NCBI GenBank assembly: GCA_018653605.1
Contig: JABHYY010000041.1
Location: forward strand, 2,874-66,873
From: an archaeon
GTDB taxonomy: Archaea; Nanobdellota; Nanobdellia; SCGC-AAA011-G17; GW2011-AR17
Length of the DNA stretch: 64,000 nucleotides
Direction of reading: 5' to 3'
Part shown: in pieces, positions 9,268 to 18,508 of the stretch
Position numbering within the stretch: position 1 is the stretch's first letter
Layout: each line of letters begins with the position of its first letter
Made by a program: the position numbers and the translations under genes
The notes under the pieces: generated by a model
What the model was told of the DNA's origin: nothing
The model's input: only the letters and a program-made list of their open reading frames with translations
Database searches by the model: none

Positions 9268-11562
9268 ATGAAATTTCCTGTTGTTGATGCTTTTTTGATT
9301 GAAAGGGGTTCTGGAAAGATTGGTGTTTGTTGTAACACTCTTTCTCCTGACTCTGTTGAGGTTGAGAGTGATGATGTTGCTGTGATTGGTAGATTGGTTG
9401 TAAATAGAGATGGGGCTGAAAGAATGATTATTAACTCTCTTGTTCATCCTCAGATTGAATATTTAATTCTGTTTGGTGAAGAGAGTGCAAGTTTTTGTCC
9501 GAGCACTAATCTATTGTTAGCTATTATGGATGGTTATGAAGATGGTAGAATTAAAGGAGGGAGAGGATTGGCTGCACTCTATCCTAACATAAGTGTTGAA
9601 TTGTTAGAAAAATTTAAAGAAAATGTTATTGTTTTACCTATGTTCTTGAATAAAGATACAAAAGATGTTGTTGGAAAGTATTTGGATTGGTTAAAAGGAA
9701 AGGTTGGTGATGAAATTTATAGTAAATTGGTTGAAATTAATTCTAAGAAAAAAATTTATTTTGATTCTTTGAATGAAATGGTTGGATTGATCGAAAAAGT
9801 TCCTGCTAAAAAAATTAAGGAATTTGCTTTAGATCCTAAAGAGTTTCAACATTTGCAACCACCTATTATAGTTTTGGAAGGGGATGATGAAATTCAAGAT
9901 GTTAAATTTAAAGTTGTTAGAGTTGATGATGGGATCTTGTTGAATATATATATAGGTGAATGGGTTTATTCTTTGAAAGGGAATGATAGTTTTTTGATGG
10001 CTTATTCCTTAAATGAATTTTTGAATAAAAAAAAAGTTAAGTTAAATGTTGTTGATTGTTTGTTAATTGGTACTGAATTGTCTCGTATTGAAGTTGAGAT
10101 TAGAAGTGGTATCAAAAGTGAAGGCTTTGTTCAATCTAATCTATCTGAAGGAGAGGTAATTCCATTGCTTAAGGAAACTGATTTGAAAGCTGATAAAGAG
10201 TATTATTATAAGGTTGGTTTGAAAGATGATAAGGTTTATGTACAAAGTTTAGCAAATGATAATTCTAAAGAGGCTTATGAGTATCGATGTGATAAATTGT
10301 GGCCTTTGGTTCAAAAGATTGCTGAAGATTCTAGGTTTGAAGATTATGAACAAAAAACTTTGCATTGTATTGATGTTGGGATTGAAATGGCTAGGGCTTG
10401 TATTGCTTTGAATAATGGAATGAACTATTTTCAAGACTTTAGGAATTTGTTTAAAGTGAATAAAGATAAACTGCCTTTATTGATTGTTAAAGGGAATAAT
10501 TTCTTGGGTACACATCAAAAGATAATTACTGAATTGTATACAAAAGGGTTAACTATGACTCACCCAGATAATCATAAAGGTACAATGAGGTCTGGTTGTG
10601 TTCTTGCTGTGTATAGAAATTCTGATAAGGTGTTTGATGTAATGCCTGATGTGTATGCTTCTGATAATCAAAGTACTTCTGAAATGAGAAGGTTGTATAG
10701 GGAACAGTTGTTGTCTGCTGATTGTGCTGGAACTTATACTTATGGTGAAAGAACTAGAAAGTATTTTGGGAAGGATCAGTTAGTGGAAGCTGTTAGGGTT
10801 CTGAAGGAAAAGAAAGTGTTTGTTGTTCAAAGGTTTGATTTTAATGAGGATATGGGTGTAAAGGAAGTTGATGGGAATTTGAAGTTTACTAAAGACCCTT
10901 GTTTAACTCATGATATTTATTTTGTGTTGGGTGGGAAGTTACATAGTCTTCATATAGCAAGAGCACATAATATTGTTAATGCTTATCCTGAGAACCTTTT
11001 TGGGTTGCATGATTCTTATGATTCATTTGTAGCTAAGGAATTAGGTGTGGAGTTAGGTGATTTGTTTATGTTGTCTAATAGAGCAAATATTTTACTTTTG
11101 ACTGAAGAGCAGAAGACTCGAAAGTTTATTGCTGAGGTTTCTAAAGAAATGAAAGATCTGGAAAGTCCTGTTGGCCCTAACAAAGAGTTTGGAAAAGGTA
11201 TTAGTTATGGTGAGTTTGTTATGGAAGAGGTTTTTGAAGTTGAACATAGTGATTTGGAAAGGTTGGAGAATTATAATGGTGAAGATATTATTGCGAGAGC
11301 TATTAAGTATTTGAAATTGAAAGGTAATTGTCATAATAATCCTATATTAGGTACTTATGATCCTAGGAAAGGTTCTTGTGGAAGGTTATTATTTTTTCAA
11401 GCTAATGAAAGAGGAGGAAAGTTGTTTGCAAGTGCTGTATTCTTAGGAAAGGGAGAGAAGGATAAAGAATTATGTGATTATATTGCAACAAAGTACAAAA
11501 AAGAGTTGGGTGTTGAATTAGGTGATGTCTTTATGTTTCACATTGGAGTTGAAAATGATTAA
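9268..11562 (+). CDS. Fusion protein: N-terminal MtrA-like (H4MPT methyltransferase subunit A homology) domain + central region + thymidylate synthase (ThyA/dCMP-hydroxymethylase) fold domain + C-terminal extension with partial duplication
   Basis: Residues about 10-130 align with the MtrA N-domain as recalled (IGVCCNTLS..., [36 protein letters not shown]..., [24 protein letters not shown]). Residues about 390-650 align with E. coli ThyA: YGERTRKY vs [35 protein letters not shown] vs [50 protein letters not shown] vs [35 protein letters not shown] vs CDLEVGDFVWTG. The catalytic Cys is conserved (codon 10900-10902). The ELGVELGD(L/V)FM element recurs at the extreme C-terminus. Confidence 0.6.
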   Translation: [764 protein letters not shown]

Positions 11563-12181
11563 AGTTATTGGATTTGATTTAGATCAGACTTTGTATCCAA
11601 AATCTTATCATATTGATGAAGCTATTCAGCTTTATATTTATGAAAAAATTTCTGAATTTAAAAAATGTAGTTTAGAAGAGGCTAAGGAATTGTTTTGTAG
11701 TTATTATCCTGAATTAAGTGGTAGTAAGGCTTTGATGAAGTTAGGTGTGCCCGATGCAAGGAATATTATACAAGAGGCTTTGGAGAGAGCTGATATTGAC
11801 AAATATTTAGAACCTAATGAAGAATTGAAAAAATTGTTGCTGAAATTGAAAGATAAGTATATTGTTGATTTGATTACTGGTTCTAATAAAGGAATTGCTT
11901 TGAAAAAGTTAGCAAGGTTAGATATTCCTATTGAATTGTTTAATGTTGCGATCACTGGAGAGATTGCTAAATCAGATGGAACGGCTTATAGAGAATGGTT
12001 AAAAAATTATGGTTATGATGCTTCTGAGTTTCTTTATATTGGAGATAGAAAAAGTACTGATGTTGATGTTCCTAAAGAATTAGGAATAAATTCTTTTTTG
12101 GTTAATGTGACTAAATTTGATGAAAATCTTGAAATTAAGCAATTTAAATCTATACTTGATATAGGCGAAGTTCTACTATAG
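11555..12181 (+). CDS. HAD-superfamily hydrolase (phosphatase)
   Basis: Starts MIKVIGFDLDQTLY, which carries HAD motif I DxDxT. The ATG at 11555 overlaps the upstream stop (ATGATTAA). The track start at 11522 is probably too far 5-prime. Confidence 0.7.
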   Translation: MIKVIGFDLDQTLYPKSYHIDEAIQLYIYEKISEFKKCSLEEAKELFCSYYPELSGSKALMKLGVPDARNIIQEALERADIDKYLEPNEELKKLLLKLKDKYIVDLITGSNKGIALKKLARLDIPIELFNVAITGEIAKSDGTAYREWLKNYGYDASEFLYIGDRKSTDVDVPKELGINSFLVNVTKFDENLEIKQFKSILDIGEVLL

Positions 12182-12196
12182 AAATGCTTTTAATAT

Positions 12197-13114
12197 TTGA
12201 AGTCAGAATTGTTTTATATGGCTCCTAATATTACTTTTGAAAAAATTCTTCCAAAAGAAGACATTCTTAAGATGCTTAATAATATTGTTTTTAGAGGAGT
12301 TTATGATTCTGAAGGAAACCCTTTGAGGCCTTATGAAGGAGCTAAATTTTCAATGGTCAAGATCCTACCACCTGAAAGACCTACATCTTTTCCTAGAATT
12401 ATGCATAATTTTCAGCAACATCCTTTGTTTACTGCACAGCCTACTATTTATGCTGATCAAACAGAGATTATGGATAATGTTGATAATTTTTTGAAAACAA
12501 TTGATAAGAGGATTTTTAATATTGGTTTTGAAGGTGTACAATATTATTGGGAAGGTAGGGGAAGATTTCATATTATCCCTCCAATTATTGAAAAACATGT
12601 TTACCCTTTGAAAGATGGTTTTTTAGATTTTGAAAAAATGTCTAAGAGATTTGAAGGAGCATTTGTTAAAGATGCTAAAGGTGAGTTGCATCCTTTGTTT
12701 GAAAAAGTAATTAGAGATTTTTATATTGACCATGGAAGTAAGGTCAGTTACATGAATGTATTTCATCATAATGCAGAATTGATTAATTATGGCTTGAGGT
12801 TTAATGGAAATCATGAATTTTTTATTATTTGTGATGGTAGCCATAGAATAGATTTTGCTTTAGAACATTTAGATGAACCAACTAATGCTATTGTTGTTGA
12901 ATCTGATAATCTTCTCCCATACTATGCTTTTCCTATGCCCTTTAGACCTGTAACAAGATTGACTAGTAAAAAAGCTGAAAGAATGTATCCAAGATTAGAA
13001 AGAGATAAAGTGCATCTTCTTAATTCTTTTATTAAAAAGGTGTTACATTATGATTGGGTTAAGGGAGGATTACATGTTAGCTCATTACGAAATAAAAAAT
13101 TTCAACCTTGGTAA
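12197..13114 (+). CDS. ParB/sulfiredoxin-like (DGxHR motif) domain protein
   Basis: HEFFIICDGSHRIDFALEHLDEPTNAIVVE at about 12826-12900 resembles the ParB-like nuclease/Srx motif (LIDGHHRxxAAxxLGLxxIPAIVV). The N-terminal 200 aa are unassigned. Confidence 0.5.
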   Translation: MKSELFYMAPNITFEKILPKEDILKMLNNIVFRGVYDSEGNPLRPYEGAKFSMVKILPPERPTSFPRIMHNFQQHPLFTAQPTIYADQTEIMDNVDNFLKTIDKRIFNIGFEGVQYYWEGRGRFHIIPPIIEKHVYPLKDGFLDFEKMSKRFEGAFVKDAKGELHPLFEKVIRDFYIDHGSKVSYMNVFHHNAELINYGLRFNGNHEFFIICDGSHRIDFALEHLDEPTNAIVVESDNLLPYYAFPMPFRPVTRLTSKKAERMYPRLERDKVHLLNSFIKKVLHYDWVKGGLHVSSLRNKKFQPW

Positions 13115-13928
13115 GTTAAAAGAAAGTTTGGATAGGTGTTGGTTGAATAAGGGTAAGTTTCATTCTAGTTCTGTTGCAATAACTTCAAATGGTGAATATT
13201 ATTCTGGGTTAATGGAATCAAAAACTCATTTGTTGGATATAAGTTCTGAGCAAGGTGCTTTGGTTTGTGCTGTATCTTGTAAAGATCCTCATGTTAAGGA
13301 AATTGTAACTTTGGTTGCTGGAGAGTTTAGTTTGAATCCTATTATTGTTAAGGTGTTATGTGATCATGTTCGAAGAACTGGAACTTATATTAAATATAAA
13401 GTTTACAATTTGGAAGGTTCTGAGTTGTTGAATTTGGATGTGATGGATACTTATTATAGGCCTGAGATTAAGGTGTTAGAAAAAATTAGTTCCTGGGAAA
13501 AAAGAGAGTGTAAAAAGAAGTATGATGAGTCAAAAGATTTGAAAGAGCAATTAAAAGAGTGTGCTCTTTTGGGTATGGAGACTCATTTTTCTTCAAGTAC
13601 AAAAACATGTTATGGGGGTTCTGTTTTATCTGGTGGTTGGATTTATTTTGGTGGAGTGTACAGTAGTTTTGATCATAGGATGAATTTGCATTCTGAGATG
13701 AGTGCTTTTTTTTGTGCTTTGGCTGATGGTTGTAAGGATGTTGAAGCTATTGGATTGGTTAGTACTAAATTTGTTTCAGAAGTTCCACAAATGTGTGGGT
13801 GTTGTAGGCAGTTTTTTTCTGAAATAAATAAAGAAGTTATGTTTTATGGATTTAGTATGGATGGTACAAAAGTGTTTGAGAAAAATTTGAAAGAGTATTT
13901 GCCTTCTGCTTGGGATTCTAATATTTAG
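13050..13928 (+). CDS. Tandem cytidine-deaminase-fold protein (degenerate N-terminal copy + intact C-terminal CDA domain)
   Basis: C-terminal half: [11 protein letters not shown] ... [13 protein letters not shown] ... EYLPSAW aligns with B. subtilis Cdd (CAERTAL ... PCGACRQ ... ELLPGAF). N-terminal half keeps the fold spacing ([21 protein letters not shown]) but lacks the Zn ligands. Overlaps the upstream gene by about 65 nt, so the start is uncertain. Confidence 0.6.
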   Translation: MIGLREDYMLAHYEIKNFNLGKLKESLDRCWLNKGKFHSSSVAITSNGEYYSGLMESKTHLLDISSEQGALVCAVSCKDPHVKEIVTLVAGEFSLNPIIVKVLCDHVRRTGTYIKYKVYNLEGSELLNLDVMDTYYRPEIKVLEKISSWEKRECKKKYDESKDLKEQLKECALLGMETHFSSSTKTCYGGSVLSGGWIYFGGVYSSFDHRMNLHSEMSAFFCALADGCKDVEAIGLVSTKFVSEVPQMCGCCRQFFSEINKEVMFYGFSMDGTKVFEKNLKEYLPSAWDSNI

Positions 13929-15799
13929 TTCTTACCATTTAACTTTTTTAATAATCTTTCTTTGCCTTTCCAAACCAAAGCTTGTTTTAGAACTTGTGAA
14001 ATGTTTGAAACAGGAATTATTTTAATTTTCTTTTGATCTTCTTTGGATAATACTAAATCTTGTTCATTTGATTTTGGGATTATAACTCTTTTAATACCTG
14101 CATCTATTGCTGCTTCTACCTTTGCTGTAACCCCTCCGATAGCAAGTACTTCTCCTCTAATAGATAATGATCCAGTCATTGCTGTATCTTGTCTTATTGG
14201 AACTTGTTTAAGTGCTGAAACTATTGATGTTGCTACTGCTATTGAAGCTGAATCTCCTTCAACACCACCATCTGCTGTTTGTAAAAATTGTACAAAAATA
14301 TCATAATTTTCTTTTACATCTTCATTAAAATATTTTAGGATTATAACTGAAACATTTTTTACTGCTTCTTTTGCAATCTCTCCAAGCTTACCTGTTGCAA
14401 CAAACTCTGTTTTTTTACCACCAAGTGTAACTTCTGATTCAATGGGTAATACAATTCCTGAAAAAGCTGCATCTGAACCAATTACTGCTAAACCATTTAC
14501 TCTTCCAACTTGAACACCTTTTGTTTTAATTACTTCATATTTCTTTTTTGCTTCAATATACTTATCTGCAATTTGTTGTTCCAAAGTTCTTGAAAGTTTT
14601 TTTGCTTGGTTTACATGAATAGGTTTAACATATTTTTCATTTTCTTCTAAAGCTAGGTCACCTGCAGCCCTTACTAAACCACCAAGTTCTCTTAATCTAA
14701 CTGTTAACTTTCCTGAGGTTGAAGCCATCTTCTTTGCTTCATTAATAATTACTTCAACAGCTTGTTTGGTAAAGTGAGGAATTTTTCCATCTTTGATAAC
14801 TTCTTGTGCAACAAACATTGCAAGCTTTTCTTTATTTTCCTTTGTGTCATCCATTGTATCATTCATATAAACTTCATAACCATAACCTCTTATTCTTGAT
14901 CTTAAAGCTGGATGCATGTGTTTGACTGTTTCATAGTTTCCTGCTGCAACTAAAACAAAATCACATGGAACTGGTTGTGATCTTGTCATTGCACCTGAAG
15001 ATCTTTCTGATTGTCCTGTGATGGAATATTTTTTTTCTTGAATTGCTGAAAGTAATTCTTGTTGTGAATGTGGATTTAATGTTGAAATTTCATCTATGAA
15101 TAAAACTCCACCTGATGCTCTATGAATCATTCCTGGAACAAGCCTTTCATGTGCAGGTGTTCCTAAACCTCCTGATTGTAAAGGATCATGAAGACAGTCA
15201 CCTAATAATGCACCTGCATGTGCACCTGTTGCTTCTAAGAAAGGTGCTTTTTTCTTATTTGAATTATCAAGTAATAATTTTGGTGTTTGGGTTTTGTTCA
15301 TTCCACCCATTTTTTTACTTAAGTTTAAGAAAATCATGAAACCTATTATGAATACAATACTAGTTATCATGGATGCTGCGTATACAATAGGTGAATCAAA
15401 TGGAAATATCTCTTTTGCGTATAAATAGTATGGTAAAATTGATGCTATGATTACGAAAATGAAAAGTATTATGTTTTGGTTTCTGAATGTTCCCATAGAT
15501 TGAAGTTTTGCTTGAGTTACTATTTGTTTACCTTTACCTTTTGAAACTGTTCTGATTAAAGGGACATTTTCATCTGTTTGATTATGGTAAGATAAGATGT
15601 CTTTTAATTTTTCATTTGGTAGAAGTTCGGCTAGTGCTTGGCCAATCATTGACTTTCCTGTACCTGGAGAACCTATTAATAATACATGCCTTCTTTGCTT
15701 TGATGCTTTTTTTATTATTTTTGTTGCATCTTCTTGACCTATAATTTGATTTACTATTTCTTTTGATACTTTTAGATCGGCTGTTGTCTTATATTGCAT
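13925..15799 (-). CDS. lonB: Archaeal membrane-bound Lon protease (LonB)
   Basis: Walker [13 protein letters not shown]; two TM helices inserted in the AAA domain ([18 protein letters not shown]..., [14 protein letters not shown]); C-terminal Lon proteolytic domain with DGDSASIA (catalytic Ser) and a downstream Lys. 624 aa. Confidence 0.9.
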   Translation of the reverse strand: MQYKTTADLKVSKEIVNQIIGQEDATKIIKKASKQRRHVLLIGSPGTGKSMIGQALAELLPNEKLKDILSYHNQTDENVPLIRTVSKGKGKQIVTQAKLQSMGTFRNQNIILFIFVIIASILPYYLYAKEIFPFDSPIVYAASMITSIVFIIGFMIFLNLSKKMGGMNKTQTPKLLLDNSNKKKAPFLEATGAHAGALLGDCLHDPLQSGGLGTPAHERLVPGMIHRASGGVLFIDEISTLNPHSQQELLSAIQEKKYSITGQSERSSGAMTRSQPVPCDFVLVAAGNYETVKHMHPALRSRIRGYGYEVYMNDTMDDTKENKEKLAMFVAQEVIKDGKIPHFTKQAVEVIINEAKKMASTSGKLTVRLRELGGLVRAAGDLALEENEKYVKPIHVNQAKKLSRTLEQQIADKYIEAKKKYEVIKTKGVQVGRVNGLAVIGSDAAFSGIVLPIESEVTLGGKKTEFVATGKLGEIAKEAVKNVSVIILKYFNEDVKENYDIFVQFLQTADGGVEGDSASIAVATSIVSALKQVPIRQDTAMTGSLSIRGEVLAIGGVTAKVEAAIDAGIKRVIIPKSNEQDLVLSKEDQKKIKIIPVSNISQVLKQALVWKGKERLLKKLNGKN

Positions 15800-15875
15800 G
15801 ATTTAGAGGAGAAGTAAGGTTTTCTTTATATAGTTTGTGATGGGTGTTTTGTTTGTTTGACGCCTATGTTAGCTA

Positions 15876-16130
15876 TTATTTATACTTCAATTTTAAATAT
15901 AATATTGATCCTGCTAAAATTAAACCAATTCCATTCATTATAGCTACTGGACCATTTTTAATTAATATTGCATAAGTTATCCATAATATTAATCCAGCAA
16001 CATATATTATATATCTTGATAGAGACAAATCTTTTGTTGATTTGGTTTTCCAACTTTTTATTGTTTGAGGTAATAAAGAAATAACTACTAATGTTCCTGC
16101 TAAATAACCTAAAATATCAATAAAAAACAT
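15876..16130 (-). CDS. PQ-loop / SemiSWEET-like 3-TM membrane protein
   Basis: 84 aa with three predicted TM helices and LPQTIKSWKTKSTKDLSLS, a PQ-loop motif as in bacterial SemiSWEETs. Confidence 0.55.
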   Translation of the reverse strand: MFFIDILGYLAGTLVVISLLPQTIKSWKTKSTKDLSLSRYIIYVAGLILWITYAILIKNGPVAIMNGIGLILAGSILYLKLKYK

Positions 16131-16140
16131 AAGAAAAAAA

Positions 16141-16401
16141 TTAAACTATGTCGTCTTCTGAAACTACTACAAAGTCACCTACTGCGATAACTGCTGAAAA
16201 AGGTACACACCAGTTTCCATTCTTATCTTGTTCAATATCTAATTGATCTATGTAGCTTGTAGGATTCTTAAGAATAATCTGCATTAATTCACCTGTTCTT
16301 GTTTCAAAATTAATATTTCCAACCACACCAAATTTTTTACCTGATTTGGTTACAACTGTTTTATCCATAAGATGTTTTGAGTATTTTTTATCGTCTTCCA
16401 T
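16141..16401 (-). CDS. PRC-barrel domain protein
   Basis: LMDKTVVTKSGKKFGVVGNINFETRTGEL is typical of PRC-barrel proteins. 86 aa. Confidence 0.55.
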   Translation of the reverse strand: MEDDKKYSKHLMDKTVVTKSGKKFGVVGNINFETRTGELMQIILKNPTSYIDQLDIEQDKNGNWCVPFSAVIAVGDFVVVSEDDIV

Positions 16402-16450
16402 TTGAGTTCCTCCTAGTTAAGCTAATTGTATAAGTCATTTAAATAGTTTA

Positions 16451-16765
16451 TTATTCTTCAATGTTCTTATCTACAAAATCTTCTGCCTCTTCTTTGGCAT
16501 CTTCAAAGATTTCAATCTCATCCCAGGCTGGTAAATCTACATTATCCTTTAATGCATCTACTACAGCTGCTCCTGTTTGAGTAAAACTGTTTTCTGGTGC
16601 AAAAAATTCACCTAAATCTATGTATGCTGCTCCAACAAGCAACAATATAACTCCAATTACTAAATATAATAAAATCTGTGAAACACTTTTACCTATTCTA
16701 TGCTTAAAAATCTCTAATAATACAATAATTACTACAAATGCTATTAATAATATAAGTACTTTCAT
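16451..16765 (-). CDS. Small membrane protein (2 TM) with acidic C-terminal tail
   Basis: Hydrophobic helices MKVLILLIAFVVIIVLL and LLYLVIGVILLLVGAAYI, then an acidic tail. Confidence 0.4.
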   Translation of the reverse strand: MKVLILLIAFVVIIVLLEIFKHRIGKSVSQILLYLVIGVILLLVGAAYIDLGEFFAPENSFTQTGAAVVDALKDNVDLPAWDEIEIFEDAKEEAEDFVDKNIEE

Positions 16766-16813
16766 ATTTACTATATGTGTTGTAATGGTATAAATAGTTT
16801 ACTGTGGTTTTTA

Positions 16814-17245
16814 TTGACCCCCTCACACCTTGATTGCGTATGGAGATTTGGTTTTGGTTTTGGTTGTTGTGTTTGTATTAATTTTATTAGTTGTTTCTTA
16901 TGGAAATAAGTTAAATTAAATAGGTTTTAGAGAGGGAAAAGAGGGTAAAATAATATAATATATTGCTTCATTATTATTATTATTATTATTATTCTAATTC
17001 TTTAATATATTTATAATAGAAGCTCTAATTCTCAAGAATTTTATTTTCTCTTTTTTATTTTATTTATATGTTTTTCTATATTATATTATATTATATTATA
17101 TTAGTATTAATATAATATATATATTGTATTGTGTTATCATTATATAGTTCTATTGGAAACAAAGGGGTTGATTTAAAAAGGGATGAATTTGGTGATCCAT
17201 TATTTATGTTGAAATGATTTCCATAGGAAATGATGGAGGGGGTGT
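16814..17245. promoter_or_regulatory. oriC: Predicted chromosomal replication origin (oriC): three ORB/G-string-like elements flanking an AT-rich DUE, adjacent to orc1/cdc6
   Basis: Element 1 at about 16814-16834 is inverted: its reverse complement reads atcaaggtgtgaGGGGGTcaa. Element 2 at about 17153-17171 is ttggaaacaaaGGGGTtga. Element 3 at about 17224-17245 is ataggaaatgatggaGGGGGTg. Between them, 16930-17140 is very AT-rich with (tta)n and (attat)n microsatellites. Genes to the left are all on the minus strand and genes to the right on the plus strand. orc1/cdc6 starts 52 bp downstream. Confidence 0.6.
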
Positions 17246-17296
17246 TTATTTTTAATAATGAAAATGCTTAAATAGTTTATTTGTGTATTTGGAGAT

Positions 17297-18508
17297 ATGG
17301 TAAAAAAAGGAGTTGATAGTTTTTTTGATGATTTTCTGAAAAAGGAACCTTTGTTTAAAGATAAGTCTGTATTGCAAGCTAATTATAGTCCAGATAATAT
17401 TCCTCATAGGGAAGAACATATTGAAAAGGTTGCTGGAATATTAGCTCCTGCTCTTAGAGTTGAAAAGCCATCTAATATGTTTATTTATGGGAAAACAGGT
17501 TCTGGCAAGACTTTAGTTGTTAAGCATGTAACTGAAAGTATGGAAAAGATTGCTGAAAAAAATGGTCTTGCTATAAAAATATTTTATTTGAATTGTAAAA
17601 TGAAAAGAGTTGCTGATACTGAATATAGGTTGATTGCTGAAATGGCTAGAGCTTTAGGTGTTGAAATACCTGCAACTGGTTTGCCTACAGATGAAGTTTA
17701 TAGAATTTTTGTTGATAATTTAGAGAAGAGAAAGATTTTGTTAGTTTTAATATTAGATGAGATTGATCAGTTGGTTTCAAAAGCAGGAGATCAAGTTTTG
17801 TATTCTTTAACTAGGTTTAATTCTGAATTAAAAAATAGTTTGATTTCAATTGTTGGAATAAGTAATGATTTAATGTTTACAAATTATTTAGATCCGAGAG
17901 TTAAAAGTTCTTTATCTGAAGAAGAGTTGGTTTTTCCTCCTTATAATGCAATTCAATTGCAAGCAATATTGAAAGAAAGAGCTAAAGATGCTTTTAGGGA
18001 AGGAGTTATTGTTGATGGGGTTTTAGAAAAGTGTGCTGCATATGCTGCAAGGGAACATGGTGATGCAAGAAGAGCTTTAGAATTATTAAGGGTTGCTGGT
18101 GAATTAACTGAAAGAAAAAATAGTAAACAAATTAGTATAGATATATTAGATGAAGCTGAAGAGAAGGTTGAAAGAGATAGAGTTCATGATATTATTTTAA
18201 GTCAACCTAAACAATCACAAATTACTTTGTTAGCAATATTTGAAGCTGTAAAACAAATTGGTAACAAACCTTTATTTACAGGGGATGTATATGAGTTGTA
18301 TAAAGAATTATGTTTTAAAGTAAAGATTAAACCTCTTACACAAAGGCGTATTTCGGATCTTGTTGCTGAGCTTGATATGCTTGGAATAATTCATGCAAAA
18401 GTTATTAGTAAAGGAAGATATGGTCGAACAAGACAGTTTGGGTTGGGTGTACCTCCTTCAACAGTTCCGAAACTTGAAAAGTTGTTGAAAGAGGTTTTAA
18501 ATGTCTGA
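17297..18508 (+). CDS. cdc6: Orc1/Cdc6 replication initiator
   Basis: Walker A IYGKTGSGKTLVVKHV, Walker B LVLILDEIDQL, AAA+ lid and C-terminal winged-helix. 403 aa. A TATA-like ttaaatag lies about 25 bp upstream of the ATG, suggesting a leaderless transcript. Confidence 0.9.
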   Translation: MVKKGVDSFFDDFLKKEPLFKDKSVLQANYSPDNIPHREEHIEKVAGILAPALRVEKPSNMFIYGKTGSGKTLVVKHVTESMEKIAEKNGLAIKIFYLNCKMKRVADTEYRLIAEMARALGVEIPATGLPTDEVYRIFVDNLEKRKILLVLILDEIDQLVSKAGDQVLYSLTRFNSELKNSLISIVGISNDLMFTNYLDPRVKSSLSEEELVFPPYNAIQLQAILKERAKDAFREGVIVDGVLEKCAAYAAREHGDARRALELLRVAGELTERKNSKQISIDILDEAEEKVERDRVHDIILSQPKQSQITLLAIFEAVKQIGNKPLFTGDVYELYKELCFKVKIKPLTQRRISDLVAELDMLGIIHAKVISKGRYGRTRQFGLGVPPSTVPKLEKLLKEVLNV

